Of a stretch of DNA of 64,000 nt, positions 1-9,618 are shown in pieces (within the stretch, counting starts at the first letter, position 1; the number at the start of each line of letters is the position of its first letter). Position numbers and translations under genes: made by a program. The stretch is from the NCBI GenBank assembly GCA_015233725.1, contig JADFXD010000006.1:5848-69847 (forward strand), written 5' to 3'. Origin of the DNA: Nitrospirota bacterium (GTDB lineage: Bacteria > Nitrospirota > Thermodesulfovibrionia > Thermodesulfovibrionales > Magnetobacteriaceae). Under the pieces are notes generated by a model. That model saw only the letters and a list, made by a program, of their open reading frames with translations, ran no database searches and was not told where the DNA came from.

Positions 1-1
1 A

Positions 2-1234
2 AGAGGGGTAAAATATCTGTTTAGGAGTTTTATAAAAGATTCAACTAACCATCGGTTCTCGGCCCTTGGAGTAAGAGACTTCAGGTTATTTTTCACGGGG
101 CAGACGATATCTCTCGTTGGCACATGGATGCAACAGACGGCGCTTGGGTGGCTTGTGTACTCGATAACGAGGTCGTCATTTTATCTGGGGCTGATGGCCT
201 TGGCGCTTTCCTTGCCTGTGTTGTTTTTCACCCTTATTGGTGGTATTGTGGCGGACAGGTTCAGCAAGCGAAACATCCTTATCGCCACGCAGGGGCTGTC
301 CATAGTGCCAGCGGCGTTGCTCACCATCATAGCCTATGGAGGGGTCACAAACATATGGTTGATACTGGCCGTTGCGGCCATCCTTGGGGTCGTAAACTCA
401 ATAGACATACCGGTACGTCAGAGCTTCATCATTGAGATTACCGGCAGGGAGAACCTTCTCAATGCCGTCGCACTTAACTCCACGACGTTTCATACGGCCA
501 GGGTGGTAGGTCCATTTATCTCCGGGATTGTCATAGAGCATTACGGGGCAGCCCTCTGTTTTTTTATAAACGTGATAAGTTTTCTGCCTATTGTATATGC
601 CCTGTGGAGCATCCAGTTAAGGCACGAGGCAAGCGCTGGTAAGTCAAACGGGTTTGTCAGGGATTTTGGCGATGCACTGTCGTTTATCAGGGACAATGGA
701 CGCCTCTTGTATATCATACTCACGGTGACGGTGTTTAGCCTGTTTGGGATACCGTTTTCGCAGTTCTTGCCGGTGTTTGCAGATGGCGTGTTTAGCTCCG
801 GTGCCAGGGGATATGGCTATATGATGTCGGCGGTTGGCCTTGGGTCGGCCCTTGGGGGGGGGATAATCGCCTTTAAGGGCGATATACAGAAAAAACGACT
901 CTACATGTCCATCACCAGCGTAATCTTTCCGTTTTCGCTGTTTATCTTTGCCATAAGCGGCAATTTTATCTTGTCGCTGGCATCTCTGTGCGTGATGGGG
1001 TTTAACATGGTCAGCTTCCTGGCCACGGCAAACAGCTACATCCAGCTAAAGACCAGGGATGACCTCAGAGGACGCGTCATGAGCGTCTACACGATGATGT
1101 TTTTGGGGATGACCCCCCTTGGAGCCACCCTTATGGGCACCCTTGCTCAAGGCATAGGGATACAAAAGACAGTTGCCATCAATGCCGTCGTCTGTCTGGG
1201 CGGTGTGCTATTTTTCAGAAACAAGTGGAAGTAG
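2..1234 (+). CDS. MFS transporter (DUF894/MFS_3-like), probably 5'-truncated by the window edge
   Basis: The frame is open from base 2 (…FSALGVRDFRLFFTGQTISLVGTWMQQ…), upstream of the ORF-track ATG at 128; GGIVADRFSKR MFS motif A; multiple TM segments. Confidence 0.9.
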   Translation, partial: RGVKYLFRSFIKDSTNHRFSALGVRDFRLFFTGQTISLVGTWMQQTALGWLVYSITRSSFYLGLMALALSLPVLFFTLIGGIVADRFSKRNILIATQGLSIVPAALLTIIAYGGVTNIWLILAVAAILGVVNSIDIPVRQSFIIEITGRENLLNAVALNSTTFHTARVVGPFISGIVIEHYGAALCFFINVISFLPIVYALWSIQLRHEASAGKSNGFVRDFGDALSFIRDNGRLLYIILTVTVFSLFGIPFSQFLPVFADGVFSSGARGYGYMMSAVGLGSALGGGIIAFKGDIQKKRLYMSITSVIFPFSLFIFAISGNFILSLASLCVMGFNMVSFLATANSYIQLKTRDDLRGRVMSVYTMMFLGMTPLGATLMGTLAQGIGIQKTVAINAVVCLGGVLFFRNKWK

Positions 1235-1256
1235 ACACAGACCCGCAAAAACAGGA

Positions 1257-1276
1257 CAGGGGCGTGTCAGCCCCTG
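1257..1276 (-). other. GC hairpin CAGGGGC-6nt-GCCCCTG downstream of the DUF1566 gene (terminator-like or DGR target hairpin)
   Basis: Perfect 7-bp stem 37 nt after the stop at 1314, between convergent genes. Confidence 0.6.
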
Positions 1277-1313
1277 CACCCAGGAAAAGACAAATAACCC
1301 AATAACCACAGAA

Positions 1314-3236
1314 TCAATGTCCTAAACGTACTGGCCAAACATAGATGAGGCCAGACTTGAAGTCGTTATACACGTGGCCGTTGGACATGTCGACGTCCCA
1401 TGCGTAGGATGTATTGTTAACGATGGGAGTAGACGACCAGTAGCTGTACGATTGCACATTTGTAAACCCCGACGACGTAAACGATGATACAAGATCAACC
1501 GCCTGACCGTTACAATAAAAGTTTTGGCTAGTGCCATTGACAATTGCATCTAAGCCTGTAGTAGACCCATCCATCCTGCAAAGACTATACAACTCCTGTA
1601 TAGTTGGTAGTCGCCATCCTGAGGGCATACAGGTAGAGGCCTGATCCCACGTCACACGGCCACAACCGTTAGTGTTTTTCATCCACTGCAGATTGGTAAG
1701 TGTGTCCGTCATTGAGCCGTCACCGTTATCCTTAAACCTCGCTGTGGGTGTAGGCGTAGGTGTTGGTGTGGGCGTTGGCGTCGTTGTACCAGAGCGAACT
1801 GGCCATACGTAGAAGTTGTTGCCCTTGCCGCCGGCGGTTATGTAGCCATCGAACATGCTAATATCCCACGCGTAGAGCGTACTGTTAGCAGAGGTAGTAG
1901 CGGACCAGTAGTAGTTCGATTGCACATTTGTAAACCCCGCAGACGTAAACGATGATGCAAGATCAACCGCCTGAGCGTTACAATACCCGTTACCAGTACC
2001 GTTTAGTATTGCATCCAAACCTGTCTGAGACCCATCCGTCCTGCAAAGGCTATACAACTCCTGCATAGTTGGAAGTCGCCATCCTGAGGGCACACAGGTA
2101 GAGGCTTGATCCCACGTCACCAGGGCACAGGGGTTAGCATCCTTCATCCACTGCAGATTGGTAAGTGTGTCCGTCATTGAGCCGTCACCGTTATCTGTAA
2201 ACCTCTTACCACCTGGTGTCGGAGTTGGCGTAGGTGTTGGTGTGGGCATTGGCGTCGTTGTACCAGGTTGCCAATCTGAAGACATACCATGAACTACAAA
2301 ACCTCCACCTGAGATTGTAAGTCCATTCATAAGCCACACGACAACATCGCCCGTTGTGGTGTCTTGCCAGAGGATATCAGCCTTGCCATCGCCATTATAA
2401 TCTCCATCTGTCAACAGCTTCCAGTTACCTGGCATTGCTCGTACCACGTAGTTGCCGCTAATTATCTTGGCCCCATCCATCAGCCATGCGGCAGTATCAC
2501 CAGTTGTGGTGTCTTGCCACAGGATGTCGGCCTTGCCGTTACCGTCAAGGTCATCAACCGCCTTTACCTGCCAGTTACCTGGAATGCCCTTGGCAACTAA
2601 TCCACTTCCTCCTTGTATATTGACCCCATCCATGATCCAGACGTAGACGTCACCACCAGTGTTTTGCAAAAGGACGTCGCCCTTGCCATCCCCGTTAAAA
2701 TCAGCCACTGCCTTGACCGTCCAATCTGATGACAGACCCTTCACTACAAGGCCTCCACCATTTATCTTGGTTCCATCCATCAGCCACAGGGCAACGTCGC
2801 CAGTTGTGGTGTCTTGCCACAGGATGTCTGCCTTGCCATCCCCGTTAAGGTCGCCTGTCCCCTTGAATGACCACTCCTTTGGCAAACCATGTATGACAAA
2901 ATCACCACCTGTTATCTTTGTACCATCCATAAACCAGATGTAGACGTCACCGTTAGCGTTTTGCAATAGGACATCGGCCTTATTATCACCATTGAAGTCT
3001 CCTGTGCCCTTGATTACCCAATCAGTTGGTAATCCCTTAACTGCAAAGTCACTACCTTTTATTGCCATCCCATTCATCAACCATATAACGACGTCTCCTG
3101 TCTTGGTGTTGCGCCAGAGTACGTCGCTCTTGCCATCGCCGTCAAAATCATTTATCGCCTTGCTGTAGGCGTTTGTCGCCGTACATAGAACCAACGCCAA
3201 TAACAGCAGCCACATCTTGATTATACTTCTTCTCAT
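1314..3236 (-). CDS. Secreted FG-GAP/VCBS-repeat protein with Pro/Thr linkers and two DUF1566 (Lcl C-terminal, CLec-fold) domains; candidate DGR target
   Basis: Signal peptide; six DFxGDGKxDILWQ repeats; (PT)n linkers; two 'FxDNGDGSMTDTLTNLQW…GWRLPTxQEL…YWSxT…AW…YVWPVR' domains. Confidence 0.9.
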   Translation of the reverse strand: MRRSIIKMWLLLLALVLCTATNAYSKAINDFDGDGKSDVLWRNTKTGDVVIWLMNGMAIKGSDFAVKGLPTDWVIKGTGDFNGDNKADVLLQNANGDVYIWFMDGTKITGGDFVIHGLPKEWSFKGTGDLNGDGKADILWQDTTTGDVALWLMDGTKINGGGLVVKGLSSDWTVKAVADFNGDGKGDVLLQNTGGDVYVWIMDGVNIQGGSGLVAKGIPGNWQVKAVDDLDGNGKADILWQDTTTGDTAAWLMDGAKIISGNYVVRAMPGNWKLLTDGDYNGDGKADILWQDTTTGDVVVWLMNGLTISGGGFVVHGMSSDWQPGTTTPMPTPTPTPTPTPGGKRFTDNGDGSMTDTLTNLQWMKDANPCALVTWDQASTCVPSGWRLPTMQELYSLCRTDGSQTGLDAILNGTGNGYCNAQAVDLASSFTSAGFTNVQSNYYWSATTSANSTLYAWDISMFDGYITAGGKGNNFYVWPVRSGTTTPTPTPTPTPTPTARFKDNGDGSMTDTLTNLQWMKNTNGCGRVTWDQASTCMPSGWRLPTIQELYSLCRMDGSTTGLDAIVNGTSQNFYCNGQAVDLVSSFTSSGFTNVQSYSYWSSTPIVNNTSYAWDVDMSNGHVYNDFKSGLIYVWPVRLGH

Positions 3237-3346
3237 CTGATTGTCTCCTTATTCTCAAATTTCTATTTTAATCTGCATACACATGTATCACCCATGAGCT
3301 CAAAAATAACCTCTAACCTCACCTCCTGATAACGTACATCCTTACG

Positions 3347-5188
3347 TTATCTTGTCTGTTGACGTCTTACGATATCAAGGTTGTTTCTTGCCTCAGCGGC
3401 ATTGGGGTTAATCTGTAAGGCCATCTGGTACTGGTTGATGGCCTCAGCGATGTTGCCGGTTATGGCGTAGATGTTTCCCATATCCACGTAGGCCTCAACC
3501 AGATTGGGGTTGAGCCTTATGGCAGCCTGTAGTTCAGCGGCGGCCTTGTCGTAGATGCCCTGCCTTGCCAGTTTGCCTCCAATGGCATAGTGCATACCGG
3601 CAACATCAACGGCGTCAACCTTGTGTCTCTTGGCAGCCCTGGGGTCCTTCAGGATTTCGTCGTAGGACTTCAGCGCCATCTGAACCTCGTTGAGATACTC
3701 CGTGGTAAGGCCTTGCATCGCATAGACGCGACCGAGATTCATGTGCGCCACGACGTAATCGGGCTTGAGGACAGTGGCGGTCTTATAATGCTCTATTGCC
3801 TCGTGCATGTCTCCCTGCCGTTCATAATACATGCCGAGGTTGTTGTGTGGTCGTGCCTTTTTAGGGCTCTTCTCCACGGCGTCCTTCCACAGCGTGAGGT
3901 TGTCCCTCCATACGCCATTTCTGTGATACGCCGCAACGGATAAGACCAGGACAACGCACGCGATCACAGACAGCAGCACCATCCGCCGCCCCCGCCACTG
4001 TAAGTGATCATTCACCCCGGCCCGATGTATCCAGAACATCCCTGTTACAGCCCCAAGCACAATAAAAAAGCCAATGCCCGGAAGATAAACCCTGTGCTCA
4101 AAGATAACGTCCTCTATTGGAACTATGCTTGACTCAACCGATATCGTCACGAAAAACCACGCTATCCCAAATGCAACCAACCTGCCTGTGCGATGCCTCT
4201 TGCCCCGCTCCTCTTTAAATGAGATATAGTAAAGATATACGGCCAAACCTATAATCGCCAAGAGAAACAACAACGACAAGGCCACCGCCGGCTCAGACAA
4301 CGACCTGTAAACGGGATAATCGTAATCGAGGTTCTGGGCAACCGGAAGGCACAGCAATCGTATGTATGTCACGATCACCCTGAACTGGGTCAACAGGTAG
4401 TCCCAACGCGAGATGCCCTCTGAGGTGGCAAGATTAAACGAGTTGCCGGCCGTCAGGATCGTCAGTGGTATGACCAGGATCGTAAGCAGGATCGGCACGA
4501 GGTAGATGAGCCTCTTTTTGACATCTCCGGTAAAGAACAAGAAATCGACAGCGACGATCATCACCGGCAGGGTGAACGATATCTCCTTTGTCCTCATCGC
4601 ACAGATAGCCGCAATGATCGAGACGGCATACAGGGCGTATCTTTTTGTAGCGTTTGACAGGACAAGCCGCGACCATACATAGGTCACAACCGACAGCAGG
4701 TAAAACAACGTAGCCAGGGATGCAAACCGCTGGACGATGTAAGTCACCGCCTGCGTCTGTATTGGATGGCAGACAAACAAGAGAGCGCTTGTCAGGGCCA
4801 CCACTTCAGGGACACCTTGACCCTCAATGGATGATAGATAGGGTGACCTCAAGAGAAGCGTCATAAACCAGAAGACAAGCAGGGCGTTAATGATATGAAT
4901 CATGATGTTAAATATGTGATAGCCCGTCACGTCGTAGCCATTAAGACTATAGTTGATCGCAAAGGAGAGGTAGCCAATCAGGCGTGTCCTGAAGAAGTCC
5001 TTGACGCTGTCATCGGCATTGGTGGCGTTAATGGCCGAGGGGTCAAGGAAGTAGTTGAAGCCTTTTACAAGGGGGTTCTGCACTATGTTGACATCGTCGT
5101 CAAGCACAAAGGGCACGCTTAAGGCATTGGAATATACGATAAGACCAATAACAACTATTAAAAACTGATGGATAACCCTGTTTCGCAA
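3347..5188 (-). CDS. TMTC-like membrane glycosyltransferase (GT-C fold) with C-terminal TPRs
   Basis: FVLDD, GYHIFNIMIH, HPIQTQAVTYIVQR and EHRVYLP motifs, followed by TPR repeats; TTG start with GAGAGG SD. Confidence 0.8.
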   Translation of the reverse strand: MRNRVIHQFLIVVIGLIVYSNALSVPFVLDDDVNIVQNPLVKGFNYFLDPSAINATNADDSVKDFFRTRLIGYLSFAINYSLNGYDVTGYHIFNIMIHIINALLVFWFMTLLLRSPYLSSIEGQGVPEVVALTSALLFVCHPIQTQAVTYIVQRFASLATLFYLLSVVTYVWSRLVLSNATKRYALYAVSIIAAICAMRTKEISFTLPVMIVAVDFLFFTGDVKKRLIYLVPILLTILVIPLTILTAGNSFNLATSEGISRWDYLLTQFRVIVTYIRLLCLPVAQNLDYDYPVYRSLSEPAVALSLLFLLAIIGLAVYLYYISFKEERGKRHRTGRLVAFGIAWFFVTISVESSIVPIEDVIFEHRVYLPGIGFFIVLGAVTGMFWIHRAGVNDHLQWRGRRMVLLSVIACVVLVLSVAAYHRNGVWRDNLTLWKDAVEKSPKKARPHNNLGMYYERQGDMHEAIEHYKTATVLKPDYVVAHMNLGRVYAMQGLTTEYLNEVQMALKSYDEILKDPRAAKRHKVDAVDVAGMHYAIGGKLARQGIYDKAAAELQAAIRLNPNLVEAYVDMGNIYAITGNIAEAINQYQMALQINPNAAEARNNLDIVRRQQTR

Positions 5189-5244
5189 ATTAAACCGACC
5201 TCTCGCTACAGTATATCACGGCTAATAGAAAAATACAAGAAAAA

Positions 5245-5338
5245 AGAAAGAAAGGGGCGGCGGAGCTTCTTTGTCGCTCCAGGACGCTCCTGGCCCCCTT
5301 CAGAACCCCCTGCAAGGGGACCAGTGCCCTTGACCCCA
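5245..5338 (-). repeat. Dispersed double-hairpin repeat family A, long variant
   Basis: Reverse complement reads GGGGTCAAGGGCACTGGTCCCCTTGCAGGGGGTTCTGAAGGGGG…CCCCTTTCTTTC. Confidence 0.9.
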
Positions 5339-5429
5339 TAATTCTTAATTCTACGTTTTATCGATATATATATTTATTTGGCTCAAATGTAGTAAAATCA
5401 TTGTTCAACGATAAAAAGACTGAAAAGGA

Positions 5430-6587
5430 GTGTGTGTTATGTTACAAAACGGTTTGGTCAAGGCATCGTGGAACAGGTGTCTGATGCTGGTAGTGCTATT
5501 GTTGTTTGTGGGATATTCTGCTGCTCCCCTGGATTGCCAAGAAAGAAAAAAGGTTGATGACTCCAGCTTTGAGGAGTATCTTAAGGCCAAGACAACGGAT
5601 ACGTTTCGTTTTGTCGTATACGGCGACAGTAGGAGTCTGACGAATAGTGTCAACGAAAATGTGATATCTAAGATAAACAAAGAGATTGTTTCACTTGATC
5701 CGAGACCTCTTTTTGTAATCTACATGGGCGATCTGGCCATAAGGGGTGGTACTGATATGTACGACTTAGGGAAAGAAGCCATGAAACAGCTTAACGACGC
5801 CCAGATACCGTATGCAATGGTGGTAGGAAATCATGACCTCTATAAATCGTTTCCGGCTTTGGGGGGCATATCGGCAGATATGCAGAGCGAGTACCAGCGG
5901 AGTTTTTGTGAATCAAACACAGTTGGGCCAATCTGTTTTCCGGAGGATCCAAAGTTACCTGGGTACAAGAACCTTGCCTTTGCCTTTGAGTTTGGCAATT
6001 CCTTCTTTGCGATATTGGACACCTACTATGTAACTAAGAGGGAGAGGTACTATGATGACATCTCGCAGAAGCAGTTGCAGTGGTTTAAGGACAAATTGTC
6101 CAACACCGGGAAGAAGTACAAGTTTGTCTTTGCACACAAGGCCATTTACTCTTCTGGCGTTCACAAACATCCCCCCAAAACACACATGCTTGCTCTGATG
6201 GATGTGTTAAACAACAAACACGTTGACATATATTTTGCAGCACATGAGCACTACTACGTCCGAAGGAAGATCGAACAGCCAAATGAAGATTGTCATAATA
6301 AGGCCGATGACCATAAATGGAAAAATGGTGTGACCCATATAGTCGATGGCGGTGGCGGAGCGCTATTGGCCAACCCCAAACCAAAGAAATACAACCTCTC
6401 TGCCTGTGCAAAGATGTACAACTTTACCGTTATAGATGTCACATCAGACAATATAACAGGAGTCACCTACGGTTTTAAGAAGGAAGACATCAAGCCCATT
6501 GATAAGTTCTGCCTGCAAGGTGACGGCAAACCATGTCCAGGTTGGGAGTCGCAGGATAATAAGGTAGATAAATGTATATTTAGGTAA
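5430..6587 (+). CDS. Exported calcineurin-like metallophosphoesterase
   Basis: GDSR, GDL, GNHD, FAH and AHEH metal-binding motifs; N-terminal hydrophobic signal. Confidence 0.85.
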   Translation: MCVMLQNGLVKASWNRCLMLVVLLLFVGYSAAPLDCQERKKVDDSSFEEYLKAKTTDTFRFVVYGDSRSLTNSVNENVISKINKEIVSLDPRPLFVIYMGDLAIRGGTDMYDLGKEAMKQLNDAQIPYAMVVGNHDLYKSFPALGGISADMQSEYQRSFCESNTVGPICFPEDPKLPGYKNLAFAFEFGNSFFAILDTYYVTKRERYYDDISQKQLQWFKDKLSNTGKKYKFVFAHKAIYSSGVHKHPPKTHMLALMDVLNNKHVDIYFAAHEHYYVRRKIEQPNEDCHNKADDHKWKNGVTHIVDGGGGALLANPKPKKYNLSACAKMYNFTVIDVTSDNITGVTYGFKKEDIKPIDKFCLQGDGKPCPGWESQDNKVDKCIFR

Positions 6588-6632
6588 ATGTAGATTAGAG
6601 GATTGAGCCTTCAAGAGGGTACCGCTAAGGAA

Positions 6633-6710
6633 GGGGTCAAGGGGTCCATGACCCCTTGCAGGGGAGGTCTGAGGAGGGGGCGGCCAGGCGTCCCTCCTTC
6701 TTTCTTTCCC
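6633..6710 (+). repeat. Repeat family A copy
   Basis: GGGGTCAAGGGGTC-CAT-GACCCCTTGCAGGGGAGGTCTGAGGAGGGGG…CCCTCCTTCTTTC. Confidence 0.9.
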
Positions 6711-6725
6711 TTTTTTTCTTACTGT

Positions 6726-7733
6726 TTATTCATCTGGTTGTTGGGTGGCGACTGGCCTCATCGGTTTTGTTTTTGGTGAGGGCTTGCCTTCCTGTTTGCG
6801 AGAAGTAGATGAGGTGTTTATACCCTGGAGGGTCTTCCTGGCCGTTTCGGCCTCCGTGCTCTTTGGGAACTCCTCTATCAGTTGTTGCAAGATGGTTTTA
6901 GCGGTTCTTGGGTCTTTTATCTCAATAAAGGCCTGTGCCTGTTTCAGTTTTGCGGCAGGGATTTTACTGTTGCCCGGGTATTTTTTTACAACCACATCGT
7001 AGCTAAGTATGGCATCCTCATAGCTGCCTTCTCTGTAGTACGTCTCCGCAATCCAGAAGTTACTGTTGCCGGCAAGCGAGTTTGCCGGATTGTCCTTGAT
7101 AAGTCGACTAAACTTATCCCTCGCCTCTTTGAGTTTGCCATCCTGGAAGTCCTTGACGGCTGCATCATAGAGGGTCTTGACGTTACCATTTTCCGGTTGT
7201 GCCTGTGGAGTAGGAGGCGGCGGTGTGGGCTGATGCGATTCGCGAGGCGCTTCAATCCTGGGAGGGACCACGGCCAGACCCTTCTGCTGCAATGTAGCGT
7301 CTATCCTGCCCATCTTCAACTGTAGCTCTTTGATCTCCTGTTCGATGTTCTCAATCTGCGCCTTAAGGACGTCCCTGTCCGTCTTGCCCTCAGCGAACAC
7401 CTTGTCCACGTAGTACTTTCGCTCCTCGTAACGACCCTGCAACTGCTGCATCTCCCTGTTTAAATGCTCAAACTTGGAATTGAGACCCTCCTGACTCTCG
7501 CGTATAGCGTCGGATACATCGGGCTTTGCCTTGGGTTGTTGCTGCTTTTGAGCCTCAAGGGTTGCCAGATGCTTTCTTATATCCTGTATCTCATCCTTTT
7601 GACCATACTGAACGCGGTGCAACTCGTTTAGCTCATTTTTTATATGACTGTCGTCCGTTGCACACCCGCTTACAATAACCGACACCACTGCCAGTATACA
7701 TAGTTGCACCAATGGTCTTAGCTTATAACACAC
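6726..7733 (-). CDS. cpoB: Tol-Pal system protein CpoB/YbgF (lipoprotein, coiled coil + TPR)
   Basis: Lipobox VSGC; 'LAGNSNFWIAETYY…YPGNSKIPAAKLK' TPRs; directly downstream of pal. Confidence 0.9.
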   Translation of the reverse strand: MCYKLRPLVQLCILAVVSVIVSGCATDDSHIKNELNELHRVQYGQKDEIQDIRKHLATLEAQKQQQPKAKPDVSDAIRESQEGLNSKFEHLNREMQQLQGRYEERKYYVDKVFAEGKTDRDVLKAQIENIEQEIKELQLKMGRIDATLQQKGLAVVPPRIEAPRESHQPTPPPPTPQAQPENGNVKTLYDAAVKDFQDGKLKEARDKFSRLIKDNPANSLAGNSNFWIAETYYREGSYEDAILSYDVVVKKYPGNSKIPAAKLKQAQAFIEIKDPRTAKTILQQLIEEFPKSTEAETARKTLQGINTSSTSRKQEGKPSPKTKPMRPVATQQPDE

Positions 7734-7754
7734 TTAAACGCCTCCTGACTCCTG

Positions 7755-8324
7755 CTACCTGCTGATTACAAAGGCAGCCCTTCTGTTCTTGGACCAACAT
7801 GCCTCATTGTGTTCGTTGCATATGGGCTTTTCCTTGCCAAATGTTACTGTCTCCATACTGGTTGCCGGTACACCCGATGACACTAAGAATGCCTTTGTAG
7901 CCTGTGCCCTCTGGTCTCCCAGGGCGAGGTTGTACTCGTTAGTGCCTCTTTCGTCGCAGTGACCCTCTATTAGAAGACTAACCGACTTGTGAGCCAACAT
8001 CCAATCAGATATCTTACGCAGCACCGGCTTTGCCTCATCCAATATGTCAGACCTGTTGTAAGCAAACGGGATGTTTTTTAAAACACTCTGCATTGCCGCC
8101 CTAATCTCCTCTTCTGTCAGTGCCCTGTCCTTAATCGAATCTTTGTCTATCGATGTGGTTTCGTCGGCATCCTTTGAGCGATCCTTAACGTCGCGATCCT
8201 TATCCTTACTGGTGTCCTCTTTCTTTGACATCGGCCCGCTATCAGGGACCACGACCTCTTTTTGTGCGCAGCTAACTATAAACAGAAATAGCGCTGCAAA
8301 AACCAAAACTACTAAACGCTTCAT
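7755..8324 (-). CDS. pal: Peptidoglycan-associated lipoprotein Pal
   Basis: IEGHCDERGTNEYNLALGDQRA and WSKNRRA motifs; lipobox. Confidence 0.97.
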   Translation of the reverse strand: MKRLVVLVFAALFLFIVSCAQKEVVVPDSGPMSKKEDTSKDKDRDVKDRSKDADETTSIDKDSIKDRALTEEEIRAAMQSVLKNIPFAYNRSDILDEAKPVLRKISDWMLAHKSVSLLIEGHCDERGTNEYNLALGDQRAQATKAFLVSSGVPATSMETVTFGKEKPICNEHNEACWSKNRRAAFVISR

Positions 8325-8337
8325 TCAAAAACCTCCA

Positions 8338-9618
8338 TTAGTTGTGTGACCATGAAGGGCCAAAGGCCCTTATATTCTTTGGTGATATCCTGTGTTGCTC
8401 ATCTGCCGTTACACTCATCACGTAGACGCCCTTTACGCCGTCCCTGTCTGATGTAAATACGATGTATCTGCCATCGGCTGAAAATGATGGCTCTTCATTA
8501 TTGCCCACATTGGTCAAGACTGTCAAGCTAGTGCCATCGGGCTTTATCGTGGCTATTTGAAACCTTCCTCCTGTCATCATACAAAACGCGATCAGATCGC
8601 CTGCTGGCGACCACTCCGGGGCTGTGTTGTAGTTACCCTCAAAGGTGAGTCTCCTCGAATCGCTGCCATCCGAGTTCATAATATAGAGCTGTGGTGTACC
8701 GCTCTTGTTAGAGACATAGACGATATGTCCGCCATCGGGTGAGGAGGCCGGTGAGACCTCTATCGTGTCGGCATATGTCAGAGGGGTCAACACCCTGGAG
8801 TTGAGCTGTAACAGGTAGATGTCAGGGGAACCTTTACTGGAGGAGGACAGCAACAAGTCCTTGCCATCGGGGGTAAAGTCTCCCACCAGGTTGGTTCCCT
8901 TAGAGGAAAAAACCTCTGTCTCGGAGGCCGTGTCGAAATTCAATATGTTGATTGCCCATCTCCCTTTCCTAAGAAACGAGTATGCCAACCTCTTGCTATC
9001 GGGCGACCAGTGAGGTCTCATGATAAGGCTATTCTTTTTGACTATCTTCTTTATCCGCTGTCCGTCAAAGTCCATCAGGTATATAGACCTGCCCTCAGCG
9101 CTGTCGTAACCAATGAAGGCAATCCTGGTGCTGAATACCCCCTTTTGTCCGGTGATTGCCTCATAGAGGTCATCCGCTATCTTGTGGGCCAGGGGCCGTA
9201 GGAGGTTCTTTTTGGTTGAATAGTTCTTTTTAAGGATATTTCTCATCTCAACAACGTCGTACACCGACACTGTCACACTGAGGGAGCTATCAGATGACCC
9301 CTCAAAGACGCCCTTTACTACGGCATCCACACCAAGCGGCCTCCAGTTATCCGCGTTAAATGGCGTATCCGATGTCTCAAGGAAGGCGTTTTTATCAACA
9401 AACGAAAAGAGATTTGTAAACTGCAGATCGGACTTTATTATCTCGGATACCCCTGGTCCTTCTGCAATGCCAGTAAAGTCCTGTATGGCTATGGGGAGTT
9501 TGCGTCCCCCAGGGGAGGTTACATCGATGTAGACCCTACCCTCGGCGAGGCTACCTGCACATAGCGTTAGCAGCAATAAAATCAGTTGTGAGACGTTTAT
9601 TAAACTTATCTTTTTCAT
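8338..9618 (-). CDS. tolB: TolB
   Basis: AHKIADDLYEAITGQKGVFSTRIAF; PD40 (WSPDG-type) repeats. Confidence 0.96.
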   Translation of the reverse strand: MKKISLINVSQLILLLLTLCAGSLAEGRVYIDVTSPGGRKLPIAIQDFTGIAEGPGVSEIIKSDLQFTNLFSFVDKNAFLETSDTPFNADNWRPLGVDAVVKGVFEGSSDSSLSVTVSVYDVVEMRNILKKNYSTKKNLLRPLAHKIADDLYEAITGQKGVFSTRIAFIGYDSAEGRSIYLMDFDGQRIKKIVKKNSLIMRPHWSPDSKRLAYSFLRKGRWAINILNFDTASETEVFSSKGTNLVGDFTPDGKDLLLSSSSKGSPDIYLLQLNSRVLTPLTYADTIEVSPASSPDGGHIVYVSNKSGTPQLYIMNSDGSDSRRLTFEGNYNTAPEWSPAGDLIAFCMMTGGRFQIATIKPDGTSLTVLTNVGNNEEPSFSADGRYIVFTSDRDGVKGVYVMSVTADEQHRISPKNIRAFGPSWSHN

